From: Gammaproteobacteria bacterium
Lineage (GTDB): Bacteria > Pseudomonadota > Gammaproteobacteria > JACCXJ01
Direction of reading: 5' to 3'
Assembly (NCBI GenBank): GCA_052387115.1
Contig: JBQTJM010000184.1
Coordinates: 1 to 24,000 of the forward strand
DNA length: 24,000 nt
Shown here: positions 16,035 through 23,999 of the stretch, one piece after another
Layout of the letters: each line of letters begins with the position of its first letter
Numbering within the stretch: position 1 is the first letter of the stretch
Made by a program: the position numbers and the translations under genes
The notes under the pieces: model-generated
Told to the model about the DNA's origin: nothing
The model's database searches: none
The model's input: the letters and a program-made list of their open reading frames with translations, nothing else

Positions 16035-16077
16035 TCCTTCTAAACATGGCTTTGCCTCTCTGTCCTTGGCACGCGGT

Positions 16078-17391
16078 CTACGAATCCCGGCTGTCCGGAT
16101 CCTTGTAGAGCACGATCCTGTAGAGCAAGCCGCCGCCGGCGGGTGGGGGGGTCGTCGCGATGGGTCCGTCGGCCTGGCAATCCCCGACGAGCTGCCCGAA
16201 GATCTCCTGTGTATTGCCCGCGTGGGTAACGGGTCGGGTCATGAAGAAACAGCCGAGACCGAGCACGCGTACGTCTCCTTGACCGTTGGTGGTTCCCGTG
16301 CAATCCCCAATCGGCACGGGCATGACACGGCGCTCGGCTACGCCGGTACCATCCGGCATGGGCGGGTAATCGAACTGCTCGCTGGTCTGACGATCCACAT
16401 AGTCGTCGTAGCAGAAGGTGCAGGTACCGATGGCCGGGTCGGGGTTGGTGTCCGCGCCCTCCGGCTGGCTATACGTGACGGTATCCGCAGGGTAATCCGT
16501 GCTGCTCATGCCGCCCTGGTAGATGCCGAACCGGGTATTGAAGCCCTGAGACACGGGTCCTACCTGGTTTCCGGGTTGTGTGGGGACCGTTTCATCTTCC
16601 AAGCATCCTGAATAGCCGCCGGCCAGGTTTTCGCGAACGCAATCGCCGCCGGGGCAACCGAGACGAATGAGCTGATAGTTGCCGGGCCCGACCTCCCATT
16701 CGCCGTTGTACCGACCCGAATGCGTTTTGAGGCGAACCTCCTCGTTGTCAGCGGGGTGATACCCGAAGCAGGCCCCATCGGAGCAATCCGTGTCTGTGTC
16801 CGCCGCGTCTCCGCACATCATGATCGGCGCGATGTCGCAGACCCTATTCCCGGGTGTGGTATCAATGGGCGCCGGACCCGCCACGGCCGTGCCGCCGATG
16901 TCCTGCTCGTCCCCTACGCCCGGAAGGACGTTGGCGAGCCAGGTGTCCATGGTGAAGCCCGTGGCGCGGGCTCGCACGAACGTCGCGGGCGGGTCGTCGG
17001 TCTCGTCGGCGCCTCCCACGAAGGGGTCGAGCGTCGCGGAGAACTCGAAGCTCAGCGTGTAAGTTGAGTCCCGCAGCTCGCGCTCGACGAAAGTCGAGGC
17101 GCCGGCCGCGGCCGCCACGTGTTCATCGAAGGCGTCCTGGCCCGCCGCTTCCGCCTGCGCCACCGTGCCGTCGTTATTCAGCGTCTTCGCCGCCGACAGC
17201 GCGGCCGCATCGAGCGCGTTCTGCAAATGCGTCTTGTCGACGAAGAGGTGCCCGGACTGCAAGGCCAGGCCCGCCATCCCGATGATGGCGAGCATCCCCA
17301 CGGCCACGAGCGCGAGGACCGCGCCGCGCTGGCGGCGGGGTCCCCGTACGTCCCTGTGCCCCAGTCCCTTGTGTTTCGTTCCCTTGTCCAT
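16078..17391 (-). CDS. TadG-like pilus-assembly protein (Tad N-terminal domain plus Cys-rich C-terminal region)
   Basis: ATG at 17391 is preceded by AAGGAGGTG at 5-nt spacing. The N-terminus is RRQRGAVLALVAVGMLAIIGMAGLALQSGHLFVDKTHLQNALDAAALSAAK (TadG-type N-domain). The track's TTG start at 17433 was rejected. Confidence 0.8.
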   Translation of the reverse strand: MDKGTKHKGLGHRDVRGPRRQRGAVLALVAVGMLAIIGMAGLALQSGHLFVDKTHLQNALDAAALSAAKTLNNDGTVAQAEAAGQDAFDEHVAAAAGASTFVERELRDSTYTLSFEFSATLDPFVGGADETDDPPATFVRARATGFTMDTWLANVLPGVGDEQDIGGTAVAGPAPIDTTPGNRVCDIAPIMMCGDAADTDTDCSDGACFGYHPADNEEVRLKTHSGRYNGEWEVGPGNYQLIRLGCPGGDCVRENLAGGYSGCLEDETVPTQPGNQVGPVSQGFNTRFGIYQGGMSSTDYPADTVTYSQPEGADTNPDPAIGTCTFCYDDYVDRQTSEQFDYPPMPDGTGVAERRVMPVPIGDCTGTTNGQGDVRVLGLGCFFMTRPVTHAGNTQEIFGQLVGDCQADGPIATTPPPAGGGLLYRIVLYKDPDSRDS

Positions 17392-17429
17392 CTCGCACCT
17401 CCTTGCTGTCCCTTTGCGCCTACTCGGCG

Positions 17430-17714
17430 TCAATCACCGATATTGATACGAATGGGCTGGTCGACCACCTCCGGCTTGGCGATATCGCCCCGGTAGATCT
17501 CGAGCGCCCGGTTACCCCTGGTTCCGTCCAGCCTCTCCGGCGGGTCCACCGGCGGATGGCGGGAGGCCTCGGGGTTGTAAGTCTGGGCCTTGACCATATT
17601 GCGGACCGACTTGCCGAAGTCCTGCTCGACCCGCACCGGATCGCTCCAGGTGCAAGCCGTGAGCAATAACGCGGCCGACAAGACCGCACCCGAGCGTTTG
17701 ATAGTGGAGATCAT
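17430..17714 (-). CDS. Small tad-locus lipoprotein (family not recognised; positional analogue of RcpB/CpaD-type secretin partners)
   Basis: MISTIKRSGAVLSAALLLTAC carries a good lipobox (LTAC). GGAGGG lies 7 nt upstream of ATG 17714. It starts 15 nt after the secretin stop. Confidence 0.7.
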   Translation of the reverse strand: MISTIKRSGAVLSAALLLTACTWSDPVRVEQDFGKSVRNMVKAQTYNPEASRHPPVDPPERLDGTRGNRALEIYRGDIAKPEVVDQPIRINIGD

Positions 17715-17729
17715 CGCGCTGCCCTCCGC

Positions 17730-19394
17730 TCACAGATCATGTCCGAACTTGCCCCCCTCGGGGACGCCTTGGGGTGCGCCGCTCTCGAAGCGCGGGGCCG
17801 GCGGTGCGGGGGGCGGCGACACCTGGCCCTCCGAGCGGCCGAGGAGATAGAACTCCAGGTCGCTCGGCGGCACGAAGGAATCCGTCGGCAACTTCACCTG
17901 CTGCGGTTGGATGGGGCGCGCGAGCCTAGGGGTGACGAAGATCACCAGCTCGGTCAGCCCCGAACGGAATTCCTGGCTGCGGAAGAGCTGGCCGATGACC
18001 GGCACGTCGCCGAGCCCCGGGATCTTGTCGATGAACTCGCGGGTGCTCTCGTTGATGAGCCCCGCGATCCCGATGGTCTGGCCGTCCGCCAGCTCGACGC
18101 TGCTCCCGGCGCTGCGCTTGTTGAGCGACGGAATGATGAATTGGCTCTGCGCCTGCGCGACGCCGACGATGACCGCGTTGTCGCGGGACAGCTCGCTGAC
18201 GCTGACGTTGAGCTTCAGGCTGATGCGCCCCGAATCCAGGACCAGCGGGAGGAACTTGACCCCCACCCCGAACTCCTTGAAGACGATCGTCACCTCGCCG
18301 AGGTCGCTCGGCACGGGGACCGGGAATTCCCCGCCCGACAGGAACTCCGCCTCCTGGCCGGTGATCGTGGTCAAGGTCGGCTCGGCGAGCAGCTTGCCGA
18401 GGCCCTTCTGGCGGGACAGCGTCAGCGCGGCCTCGAACAGGTATTCCCCGCTCAAATAGCTCAGGAACACGCCCTTGCCGTCGATGGTCGGGGTCGCGCG
18501 CTGCAACTCTGCGATCGCGGGACCCGAGATGTTGCTGCTACCGCCGCCCCCGAAGATCGGGATTTCCAGCGCCTCCTCGCCGAACAAGGCATCCGGAAAA
18601 CTCAGCCCCCCGCTGTTCGCGCCCTGGATGCTCCTGTCTCCGAAACGAAACAGGCTGGTGTTCGCGTCGAGCCGTTTCAGGACATCACGGGCGATCTCGG
18701 CGACCTTGATCTCCAGCATCACCTGCTGGGCGCCCGCGATCTGCATCATGTTCACGATCGCCTCGGGTCCGCAGCCCTGCTGGCCGCCGCCCGCGGGTTG
18801 CGCGGCGGGGGCCGCGGCCGCACCGAGGCCGAGATCGGACCCCTGGCCGCCCTGGGCGCCGGGGGCGCATTCGGGCAGGAAGCTGGCCGCGAGCTGTAAT
18901 GCGGTGTTCATCTTGACCACGTTCGAGATCTCGCCGTCCAGGATGATCTTGTTCTGGGAGGAATGGACCTTGACGACCTCGCCGGGCAGGAGCTCGTGGA
19001 GCTTAAGCTTGAGGCTCTCGAGATCATGGGTGATCTCGATGTCGAAGGCCTCGAAGATGCGGCCGGGCTTGTCCCACACCACCACGTTGGTGGTGCCGAG
19101 GCGCTTTCCGAGGATGTAGAGCTGATCTCCCGGCATGACCAGGATGTCCGCGATGTCGGGATTGCCGACCGAGACCTTGGCGGCCGCGCGGCTCAGTTCG
19201 ATGATGCCGGATTTGTGCTGCGCGATCTGGAACTTGCCGTGGCGGCTCTCCCGCAAGACCAGGCCCCCCGGCCGCTCTTGGGACCAGGCGGCCGGCGGCA
19301 GCAGGGTAAGCGCTAAGGCGATCCAAATCGAGGTCTTCCACGATCCGGGGCAGCGGCCCGGCAAGGCGCGAAGGCATGGTATTGAAGTGGGCAT
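17730..19394 (-). CDS. rcpA: RcpA/CpaC outer-membrane secretin
   Basis: 554 aa with a signal-like N-terminus. The secretin C-domain reads LLAEPTLTTITGQEAEFLSGGEFPVPV...IPGLGDVPVIGQLFRS...ELVIFVTPRL. Confidence 0.92.
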   Translation of the reverse strand: MPTSIPCLRALPGRCPGSWKTSIWIALALTLLPPAAWSQERPGGLVLRESRHGKFQIAQHKSGIIELSRAAAKVSVGNPDIADILVMPGDQLYILGKRLGTTNVVVWDKPGRIFEAFDIEITHDLESLKLKLHELLPGEVVKVHSSQNKIILDGEISNVVKMNTALQLAASFLPECAPGAQGGQGSDLGLGAAAAPAAQPAGGGQQGCGPEAIVNMMQIAGAQQVMLEIKVAEIARDVLKRLDANTSLFRFGDRSIQGANSGGLSFPDALFGEEALEIPIFGGGGSSNISGPAIAELQRATPTIDGKGVFLSYLSGEYLFEAALTLSRQKGLGKLLAEPTLTTITGQEAEFLSGGEFPVPVPSDLGEVTIVFKEFGVGVKFLPLVLDSGRISLKLNVSVSELSRDNAVIVGVAQAQSQFIIPSLNKRSAGSSVELADGQTIGIAGLINESTREFIDKIPGLGDVPVIGQLFRSQEFRSGLTELVIFVTPRLARPIQPQQVKLPTDSFVPPSDLEFYLLGRSEGQVSPPPAPPAPRFESGAPQGVPEGGKFGHDL

Positions 19395-19536
19395 AGGGGC
19401 CTCTCTTACTGCGCATGGCTCGGTGCCTCCCTGCCTCCGAGCGCCCCGACCACCCTCCAGCCTCCCCGCGGTGGACTGAACGCTCGATTCCCATCTTTCA
19501 ATACTTTACCTTAGACGCTTAAACCGGATCTTTCAA

Positions 19537-20331
19537 CTAGAGCCGGACCTGGGACCTGTCCACCTTCACCCCGCGGATGATGGTGACGTGGCGGAAGGCC
19601 GGCTTTGGGCGCGCCGGCGCCGCCACCTTGGGTGGCTCGGCGGCTTTCTTCTCCGCCTTGGCCAGGACACTCTCGTCGGTCGGGTTGCGGAGCGCGAGCT
19701 GGACATTGCCCTCGTCGGTGGCCTTGACCAGCCGCTCGGCCTGCTTGGGCGTCATTTCCAGGGTCACGGCCCGCACCACTACCGGCTTGTCCTCTTCGCT
19801 CGCGGCCGTCTGGTCCACCGCCAGCACCCGGAGGTTCTGGAGGATGGTCTGGGAGTGCGAGCGCCGATTGCTGTCGTCCTTGCGGGTCGCGATCACATCG
19901 ACCCGGTTGCCGGGGAGCAGGAACCCCCCGACGCCGATCACGTCGTTGACGCGCACGGTCACGGCCCGCATGGTGGCGGCGACCATCGCGGCCAGGCTGC
20001 TGCCGCCCTGGTGCTCGACCACCCGGCCCTCGATCACCACCTCGTTCGGATAGATGGTCCCGTTCGCGATCTTGCCCTCGACCTGCGCGACCTCGGTGAA
20101 GGCCCCGGCCGGCATCGATGCGCTCGGCCACGGCACGGTCTTGAGCTGGGCCGGCTCGATCTTCTGTGCGAAGGGGATCTCCAGCGCCGCGACGACCACG
20201 GGGGTGGTCTTCTCTTCCACTTTGGCGACCGGGGTGAGGCGGGCCTGGATCCATTGGTTCGCCATCCACGTGGCGCCGGTCCCCAGTCCCACGGCAACGA
20301 TGAACATCATCACGGATCTCTGCTTGAACAT
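19537..20331 (-). CDS. cpaB: CpaB/RcpC Flp pilus assembly protein
   Basis: There is an N-terminal TM segment (MFKQRSVMMFIVAVGLGTGATWMA), then a SAF-like segment (VVVAALEIPFAQKIEPAQL) and an RcpC-type beta domain (RAVTVRVNDVIGVGGFLLPGNRVDVIAT). Confidence 0.9.
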   Translation of the reverse strand: MFKQRSVMMFIVAVGLGTGATWMANQWIQARLTPVAKVEEKTTPVVVAALEIPFAQKIEPAQLKTVPWPSASMPAGAFTEVAQVEGKIANGTIYPNEVVIEGRVVEHQGGSSLAAMVAATMRAVTVRVNDVIGVGGFLLPGNRVDVIATRKDDSNRRSHSQTILQNLRVLAVDQTAASEEDKPVVVRAVTLEMTPKQAERLVKATDEGNVQLALRNPTDESVLAKAEKKAAEPPKVAAPARPKPAFRHVTIIRGVKVDRSQVRL

Positions 20332-20355
20332 ATACGACTCCTGCCTTGACGGACT

Positions 20356-21717
20356 CTATCGACCGGGCGTTGTGCCCGGAACCACGAAATAATTGTTCCA
20401 CGCCATCTCGATCAGCTCGGGCGTGACGGATGTCTGGCCCAGATACCACGCATGGTCCAGGGCCATGCCCAACAAATCGCGCGGGTGGCAGGGGAGTAGC
20501 GGCACGCCCTCACGATCGTGCAGCGCGAGCGTGAAGCGCAGCGCCTTCGCATCGAACGCGATGTCGCGGTCGGCACATACCCCCTGCCAGATCGCGCCGT
20601 ATTCGTCGCGGCTCAGGGCGCCGAATGGGATCTTGTGGCCGATGCGCCGCAGGAAGGCCTCATCCGCGAGCCGGGCGGGGTCGAGGTTGGTCGCGAAGAC
20701 CAGCACCACATCGAAGGGCACCGGGAAGCGCTTGCCGGAGGCGAGGCTGAGATGATCGATCCGGGTCTCGAGGGGCACGATCCAGCGGTTGAAGAGATCG
20801 ACGGTGGCCGCCCGCTGGCGTCCCAGATCGTCGATGACATACACGCCGTTCGCGGCCTTCATCTGTAACGGCGCCTGGTGCCGGCGCGCGGCCGGGTCAT
20901 AGGCCATCTCCAGCATGTCCATGGTCAGCTCGCCGCCCGTGATCACGGCGGGGCGCTCGCACAGGACGAAGCGCGGATCGCAACCGGTGGTGACCTGGTG
21001 GGACGCCCTGTGTTGCTCCCTCAGGGGCCTGTGGACGATGGGGTCGAAGACTTGGACCTCGGTGTCGCCGACCGCGATGGCATGGGGGATGAGCACCGGC
21101 TCGCCGAGCAGCCGGGCCAGTCGCCGGCAGAGGTAACTCTTGCCGGAGCCGGGGGGCCCGTACACGAAGATCGAGCGGCCCGAGTGCAACGCCGCCCCGA
21201 GCTGGTCGAGGAGGTCCTGCCGGATCACGGTATCGGCGAAGGCCTCGTGCATGCGCTCGTGGGTCACGCGATGGGCGTGGACGCTCTGGGATTTGACGAC
21301 TTCGGTATAGCGAGCAAGGGGGACCGGCGCCGGGCCGATGTAGCCGCTCCGCGCCAACGCCTCTAGGGCGAAGGCGCGCCCCCGATCCGTGAGGGCGTAA
21401 CGCAGTCCGGCCGTGCCCGGCGCCGGTCCCTTGACCTCGATGAGCATCTGGGCGCGGAGCGCACCCACCAGCTCCTCGACGATCGGGCCGCCGAGCGCCG
21501 TGCGGCTCGCGAGCTCACCGAGGTCCAGGATGCCGGCCTCACGCAAGTGCTTCGCCACCAGTTCCTGGAGCAAGCTCTCGCTGAGCCCCGTATCGGCAAC
21601 GGTACGCGGGCGCGGCGCCAATCCGCCCGCTGCCGCCGGCCGTGTGTCCGAGGCGGCCGCGGCCTTCTCGGCCGGATGCGGCCTCGCGTCGATCTTCAAT
21701 GCGTCGATGTTGAGCAT
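20356..21717 (-). CDS. Classic-clade AAA+ ATPase with an N-terminal about 150-aa helix-rich (possibly winged-helix) domain; not part of the canonical tad gene set
   Basis: Walker A GPPGSGKSY, Walker B VYVIDDLGRQ, sensor-1/SRH-like VLVFATNLDPARLADEAFLRRIGHKIPF. 453 aa. GC content matches the host genes. It lies between the methyltransferase gene and cpaB, with a 24-nt gap to cpaB. Confidence 0.85.
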   Translation of the reverse strand: MLNIDALKIDARPHPAEKAAAASDTRPAAAGGLAPRPRTVADTGLSESLLQELVAKHLREAGILDLGELASRTALGGPIVEELVGALRAQMLIEVKGPAPGTAGLRYALTDRGRAFALEALARSGYIGPAPVPLARYTEVVKSQSVHAHRVTHERMHEAFADTVIRQDLLDQLGAALHSGRSIFVYGPPGSGKSYLCRRLARLLGEPVLIPHAIAVGDTEVQVFDPIVHRPLREQHRASHQVTTGCDPRFVLCERPAVITGGELTMDMLEMAYDPAARRHQAPLQMKAANGVYVIDDLGRQRAATVDLFNRWIVPLETRIDHLSLASGKRFPVPFDVVLVFATNLDPARLADEAFLRRIGHKIPFGALSRDEYGAIWQGVCADRDIAFDAKALRFTLALHDREGVPLLPCHPRDLLGMALDHAWYLGQTSVTPELIEMAWNNYFVVPGTTPGR

Positions 21718-21825
21718 TCGTCTTTCCTGCTAGTCAGTGCCTAAACAAACCCGCAGCCCGCAATCCCCTTAGCCGCGATGGAGCCGCCGGAGGCGGGATG
21801 AAAAGAAGCGGGTCCAGGACCGACG

Positions 21826-22539
21826 CTAAAACACATAAGGCATCAACCGCCAACGGACTGATGTGGCATAACGCTGGTAGCGCTCGTCCCGGAGAAGGTG
21901 GCGCTCCTCGAAAATGATCCGTAAGAGCATCATTCCCATCCACGCAACGACTATCGAGAAGTTGTACCAGGACGTGTTGGCCAGTAGATACCCGCTTAAG
22001 GTGACCAAATAACTCGCATACAAAGGGTGGCGGATAACGCCATAAACCCCCTGGGTTTTCACGCCCCTGTTCGCAGGCACGATCCCGAAGCTTCTGTTCA
22101 AGACTAAGGCCCCCGCGATCTGAAGGCAGATCCCGAGCGTCATCACAATGCTGCCGAGGTACGGCGCCAAGCCTTGCATGGAAGGCCGCAGCAATAAAGG
22201 CAAAAACGTTCCTCCCGCCGAAACTGCCCATTCTAGCGGGCTCGTGGACTTGCTCATCTGGTCCCTTCTTACTATAAACATCAGCGCAAGCCAAGCCTCT
22301 GCGAACACCAGCAGCAAAAGAGAGAAGGCGTTGGTCTTTTGGAAACTGGTATAGTGGCTAAATGCGAAGAGACCCCATAACGCCGCCGCGGAAACGTTCA
22401 CGAGCAATATCCGCATGGCAATCAAGACATTCATCATGTTCATGGCTCTATACCTGCCAATAAAACGCATCCAAGAATGCTTGATATGAACCCATAGCCT
22501 GGATGGACCGAAGCGGAATCCAGTAATACGCCCGATCAT
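21826..22539 (-). CDS. ICMT/PEMT-family integral-membrane methyltransferase (isoprenylcysteine carboxyl methyltransferase-like), low-GC
   Basis: The C-terminal signature is TQGVYGVIRHPLYASYLVTLSGYLLANTSW...LLRIIFEERHLLRDERYQRYATSVRWRLMPYVF (RHP.Y ... EE..L ... Y..Y). There are several TM helices. ATG 22539-22537 overlaps the tadV TGA 22538-22536 (ATGA). ATG at 22443 (MNMMNVL) is an alternative start. Hand counts give 30/60 GC on lines 21901-21960 and 22261-22320, against 43/60 on tadV line 22681-22740. Confidence 0.8.
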   Translation of the reverse strand: MIGRITGFRFGPSRLWVHIKHSWMRFIGRYRAMNMMNVLIAMRILLVNVSAAALWGLFAFSHYTSFQKTNAFSLLLLVFAEAWLALMFIVRRDQMSKSTSPLEWAVSAGGTFLPLLLRPSMQGLAPYLGSIVMTLGICLQIAGALVLNRSFGIVPANRGVKTQGVYGVIRHPLYASYLVTLSGYLLANTSWYNFSIVVAWMGMMLLRIIFEERHLLRDERYQRYATSVRWRLMPYVF

Positions 22540-23084
22540 TTATGCAGCCATAGGATCGCCCAAAGCGTCCCGAGCCCGATGGCGAGCGCATAGGGGAAAC
22601 GCCGCGCCGCCGCCTCGCCGCCGCGTGGGCCGGCATGGTTCAGCGTGCCGGTCACGACGAGGAAATTCAGTGTCGCCAGATAACGCCGCGCGAGCTGGCC
22701 GAAGCCCCGGTGGCGCAACAGGATCGCGACCGCCATGACGCCCCCGACGATCAGGGTGAGCGCGGCGGCGACAAGCGTCGCGGAGGGGCCGAGGAAAGCA
22801 CCCACAGCGGCCATGAGCTTCACATCACCCGCACCCATCGCGCCGCGGATATAAAAAGGGACGAAGAGCGCAAGACCGCTGGCCAGACCCAAGAACCCGG
22901 ACCCGAGCGCCTCGAACCCGCTGAAATACGATTGCAGCACGAGGCCTGCGACAGCGCCCCCGAAGGTCACCCCGTTCGGGATGCGGTGATAGCGCAGATC
23001 TAAATAGGCCGCGAACGAGAGCATGAGCGCGAGCTGGCCATGAAGCACCGGTAAAAGGACAAGAGGACTGGGCTCGATCAGCAT
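22536..23084 (-). CDS. tadV: TadV/CpaA-type prepilin peptidase (A24 aspartic peptidase without a methyltransferase domain)
   Basis: The two catalytic Asp contexts are AAYLDLRYHRIPN and GAMGAGDVKLMAAVG. The protein is 182 aa and polytopic, and lies immediately downstream of flp. Confidence 0.9.
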   Translation of the reverse strand: MLIEPSPLVLLPVLHGQLALMLSFAAYLDLRYHRIPNGVTFGGAVAGLVLQSYFSGFEALGSGFLGLASGLALFVPFYIRGAMGAGDVKLMAAVGAFLGPSATLVAAALTLIVGGVMAVAILLRHRGFGQLARRYLATLNFLVVTGTLNHAGPRGGEAAARRFPYALAIGLGTLWAILWLHK

Positions 23085-23123
23085 CGGGATTCAGCTCGTT
23101 TTGGTCGAAATAGGTGTTCGGTT

Positions 23124-23156
23124 CAAAAGTGGAGGGGCAGCGCGCTGCCCCACCAC
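23124..23156 (-). terminator. Intrinsic terminator or attenuator immediately after flp
   Basis: On the minus strand GTGGTGGGGCAGCG / CGCTGCCCCTCCAC (23156-23129) forms a 14-bp palindromic stem with one mismatch and the central bases as loop. It is followed directly by TTTTG (23128-23124). This is a typical arrangement for high pilin:machinery stoichiometry. Confidence 0.6.
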
Positions 23157-23172
23157 CAACGCCCCACGCAAG

Positions 23173-23337
23173 TTACGGAGTAATAGCGGCGGTGTTGGTG
23201 CCGATCGTGGCTGCGACCTGGGTGCCCAAGGCCGTAAACGCACCTACGACCGCGACAGTAACCAAAAACCCGGCCACCGCGTACTCGACCGTGGTCAGGC
23301 CGCTCTCATCACGCACGAAAGAAAGGATCTTGTCCAT
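23173..23337 (-). CDS. flp: Flp-family type IVb/c prepilin (54 aa)
   Basis: Below the ORF-track size cutoff and found by manual translation: MDKILSFVRDESGLTTVEYAVAGFLVTVAVVGAFTALGTQVAATIGTNTAAITP. The Flp motif G/xTxVEYA is followed by a hydrophobic helix. AAAGGAG lies about 8 nt upstream of ATG 23337. The stop is TAA at 23175-23173. Confidence 0.9.
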   Translation of the reverse strand: MDKILSFVRDESGLTTVEYAVAGFLVTVAVVGAFTALGTQVAATIGTNTAAITP

Positions 23338-23678
23338 GAAATATCTCCTTTGATAAATGTGTCAGTTCAGTTCAACCTCGTACACCCCAGCAGTCCCGTG
23401 TACTCTCCGTGGATCGGCAACCTCGGCGCCGAGCGCCTGCGCTAGCCTTCCCTTCGCGATGCCTCCCTTGCCGGGATTGGGCCTTGCTGCTTCCCTGCAT
23501 CGCCCGTCTGGGCCGTGAGACCCATGCGTCCTGCTGATGGCCATCATCATCGGCCACGGCGCGACGAATCGCTAGCAATGTTTTGCGGAGGATGAGCATT
23601 TTCTTGCGCAGTGAAACCGCGCTGCTGTGCCCATTCCGAGCGAGCACGGCCCTCGGGCTCGTGGTCTTCGACAGGCGC

Positions 23679-23868
23679 CTCCCGCCCTTCGACTCCGGCG
23701 CTACGCGCCTAGGGCTCAGGGCGAACGGATCGTCTCATACTATCCGGTTGGCTCAGCGCTTCGAGTGAGTTCAGAACGAGAGGAGCTTTCAAGCGTTCTC
23801 CGTTCGGGCTGAGCCCTCGCAGTGCCGCAAACGAAGAGCCCGGCTTTCGGCCGGGCTCTCGGGGGCTG
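23679..23868 (+). repeat. Structured GC-rich repeat element, copy B (inverted relative to copy A), upstream of flp
   Basis: Internal inverted repeat GGGCTCAGGGCGAACGG (23712-23728) / CCGTTCGGGCTGAGCCC (23800-23816), with the same central 2-nt mismatch as copy A. Terminal perfect hairpin AGAGCCCGGC (23835-23844) / GCCGGGCTCT (23850-23859). The exact blocks shared with copy A are listed under that feature. Block order is circularly permuted relative to copy A. Confidence 0.7.
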
Positions 23869-23909
23869 CGGGGCACGTCCGGGTCAGGGTGGCCCGGAGT
23901 ACCCGATAG

Positions 23910-23999
23910 CTACGGGGCGCTCGGAACCTCCAAGGTCCCCAGGGTGCTGGCGCGCAGGCCGCCCTGGTTTCCCTCTCCGCCGCCTCTTCTTCCGTTCTT
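23910..23999 (-). CDS. Possible 3' end of an unidentified minus-strand gene entering from beyond the window
   Basis: The frame reading ...KNGRRGGGEGNQGGLRASTLGTLEVPSAP then TAG (23912-23910) has strongly G/C-biased third positions. The hairpin at 23859-23835 followed by TCGTTTG could serve as its terminator. There are only 29 codons and no family assignment is possible. Confidence 0.3.
   Translation of the reverse strand, partial: KNGRRGGGEGNQGGLRASTLGTLEVPSAP

Larger units (their letters stand above)
9316..23337 (-). other. Complete tad/flp (type IVc, tight-adherence) pilus operon with two non-canonical inserted genes
   Basis: All genes lie on the minus strand with short gaps or 4-nt overlaps and GAGGAG-type ribosome-binding sites. 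Order: flp, tadV, [methyltransferase], [AAA+], cpaB, secretin, lipoprotein, tadG-like, tadE-like x2, tadZ, tadA, tadB, tadC, tadD. Confidence 0.9.

Noticed and set aside
15829-16047. N-terminal extension of the tadE-like ORF (track start 16047)
   Set aside because: The extra 73 codons translate the repeat element, which is also present in inverted orientation at 23679-23868. TadE-type proteins start shortly before the G..VEFA motif, so ATG 15828 fits.
16062-16078. TGGCACGCGGTCTACG resembling the -24 half of a sigma-54 promoter
   Set aside because: It is on the + strand where no gene follows. There is no TTGC at the -12 position.
17392-17433. TTG start for the tadG-like gene overlapping the lipoprotein stop
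   Set aside because: An ATG at 17391 with AAGGAGGTG at ideal spacing is far more convincing.
21718-22560. Mobile-element hallmarks around the low-GC methyltransferase gene
   Set aside because: I found no integrase or transposase ORF, no terminal inverted repeats and no obvious flanking direct repeats by eye. It is reported only as a compositional anomaly, not as a mobile element.
23362-23647. Two overlapping small minus-strand ORFs (62 and 91 aa) just upstream of flp
   Set aside because: The products are basic and of low complexity, with no ribosome-binding site that I can see and no family resemblance. The region is more likely the flp leader or promoter. I could not identify a convincing sigma-70 or sigma-54 promoter there, so none is called.
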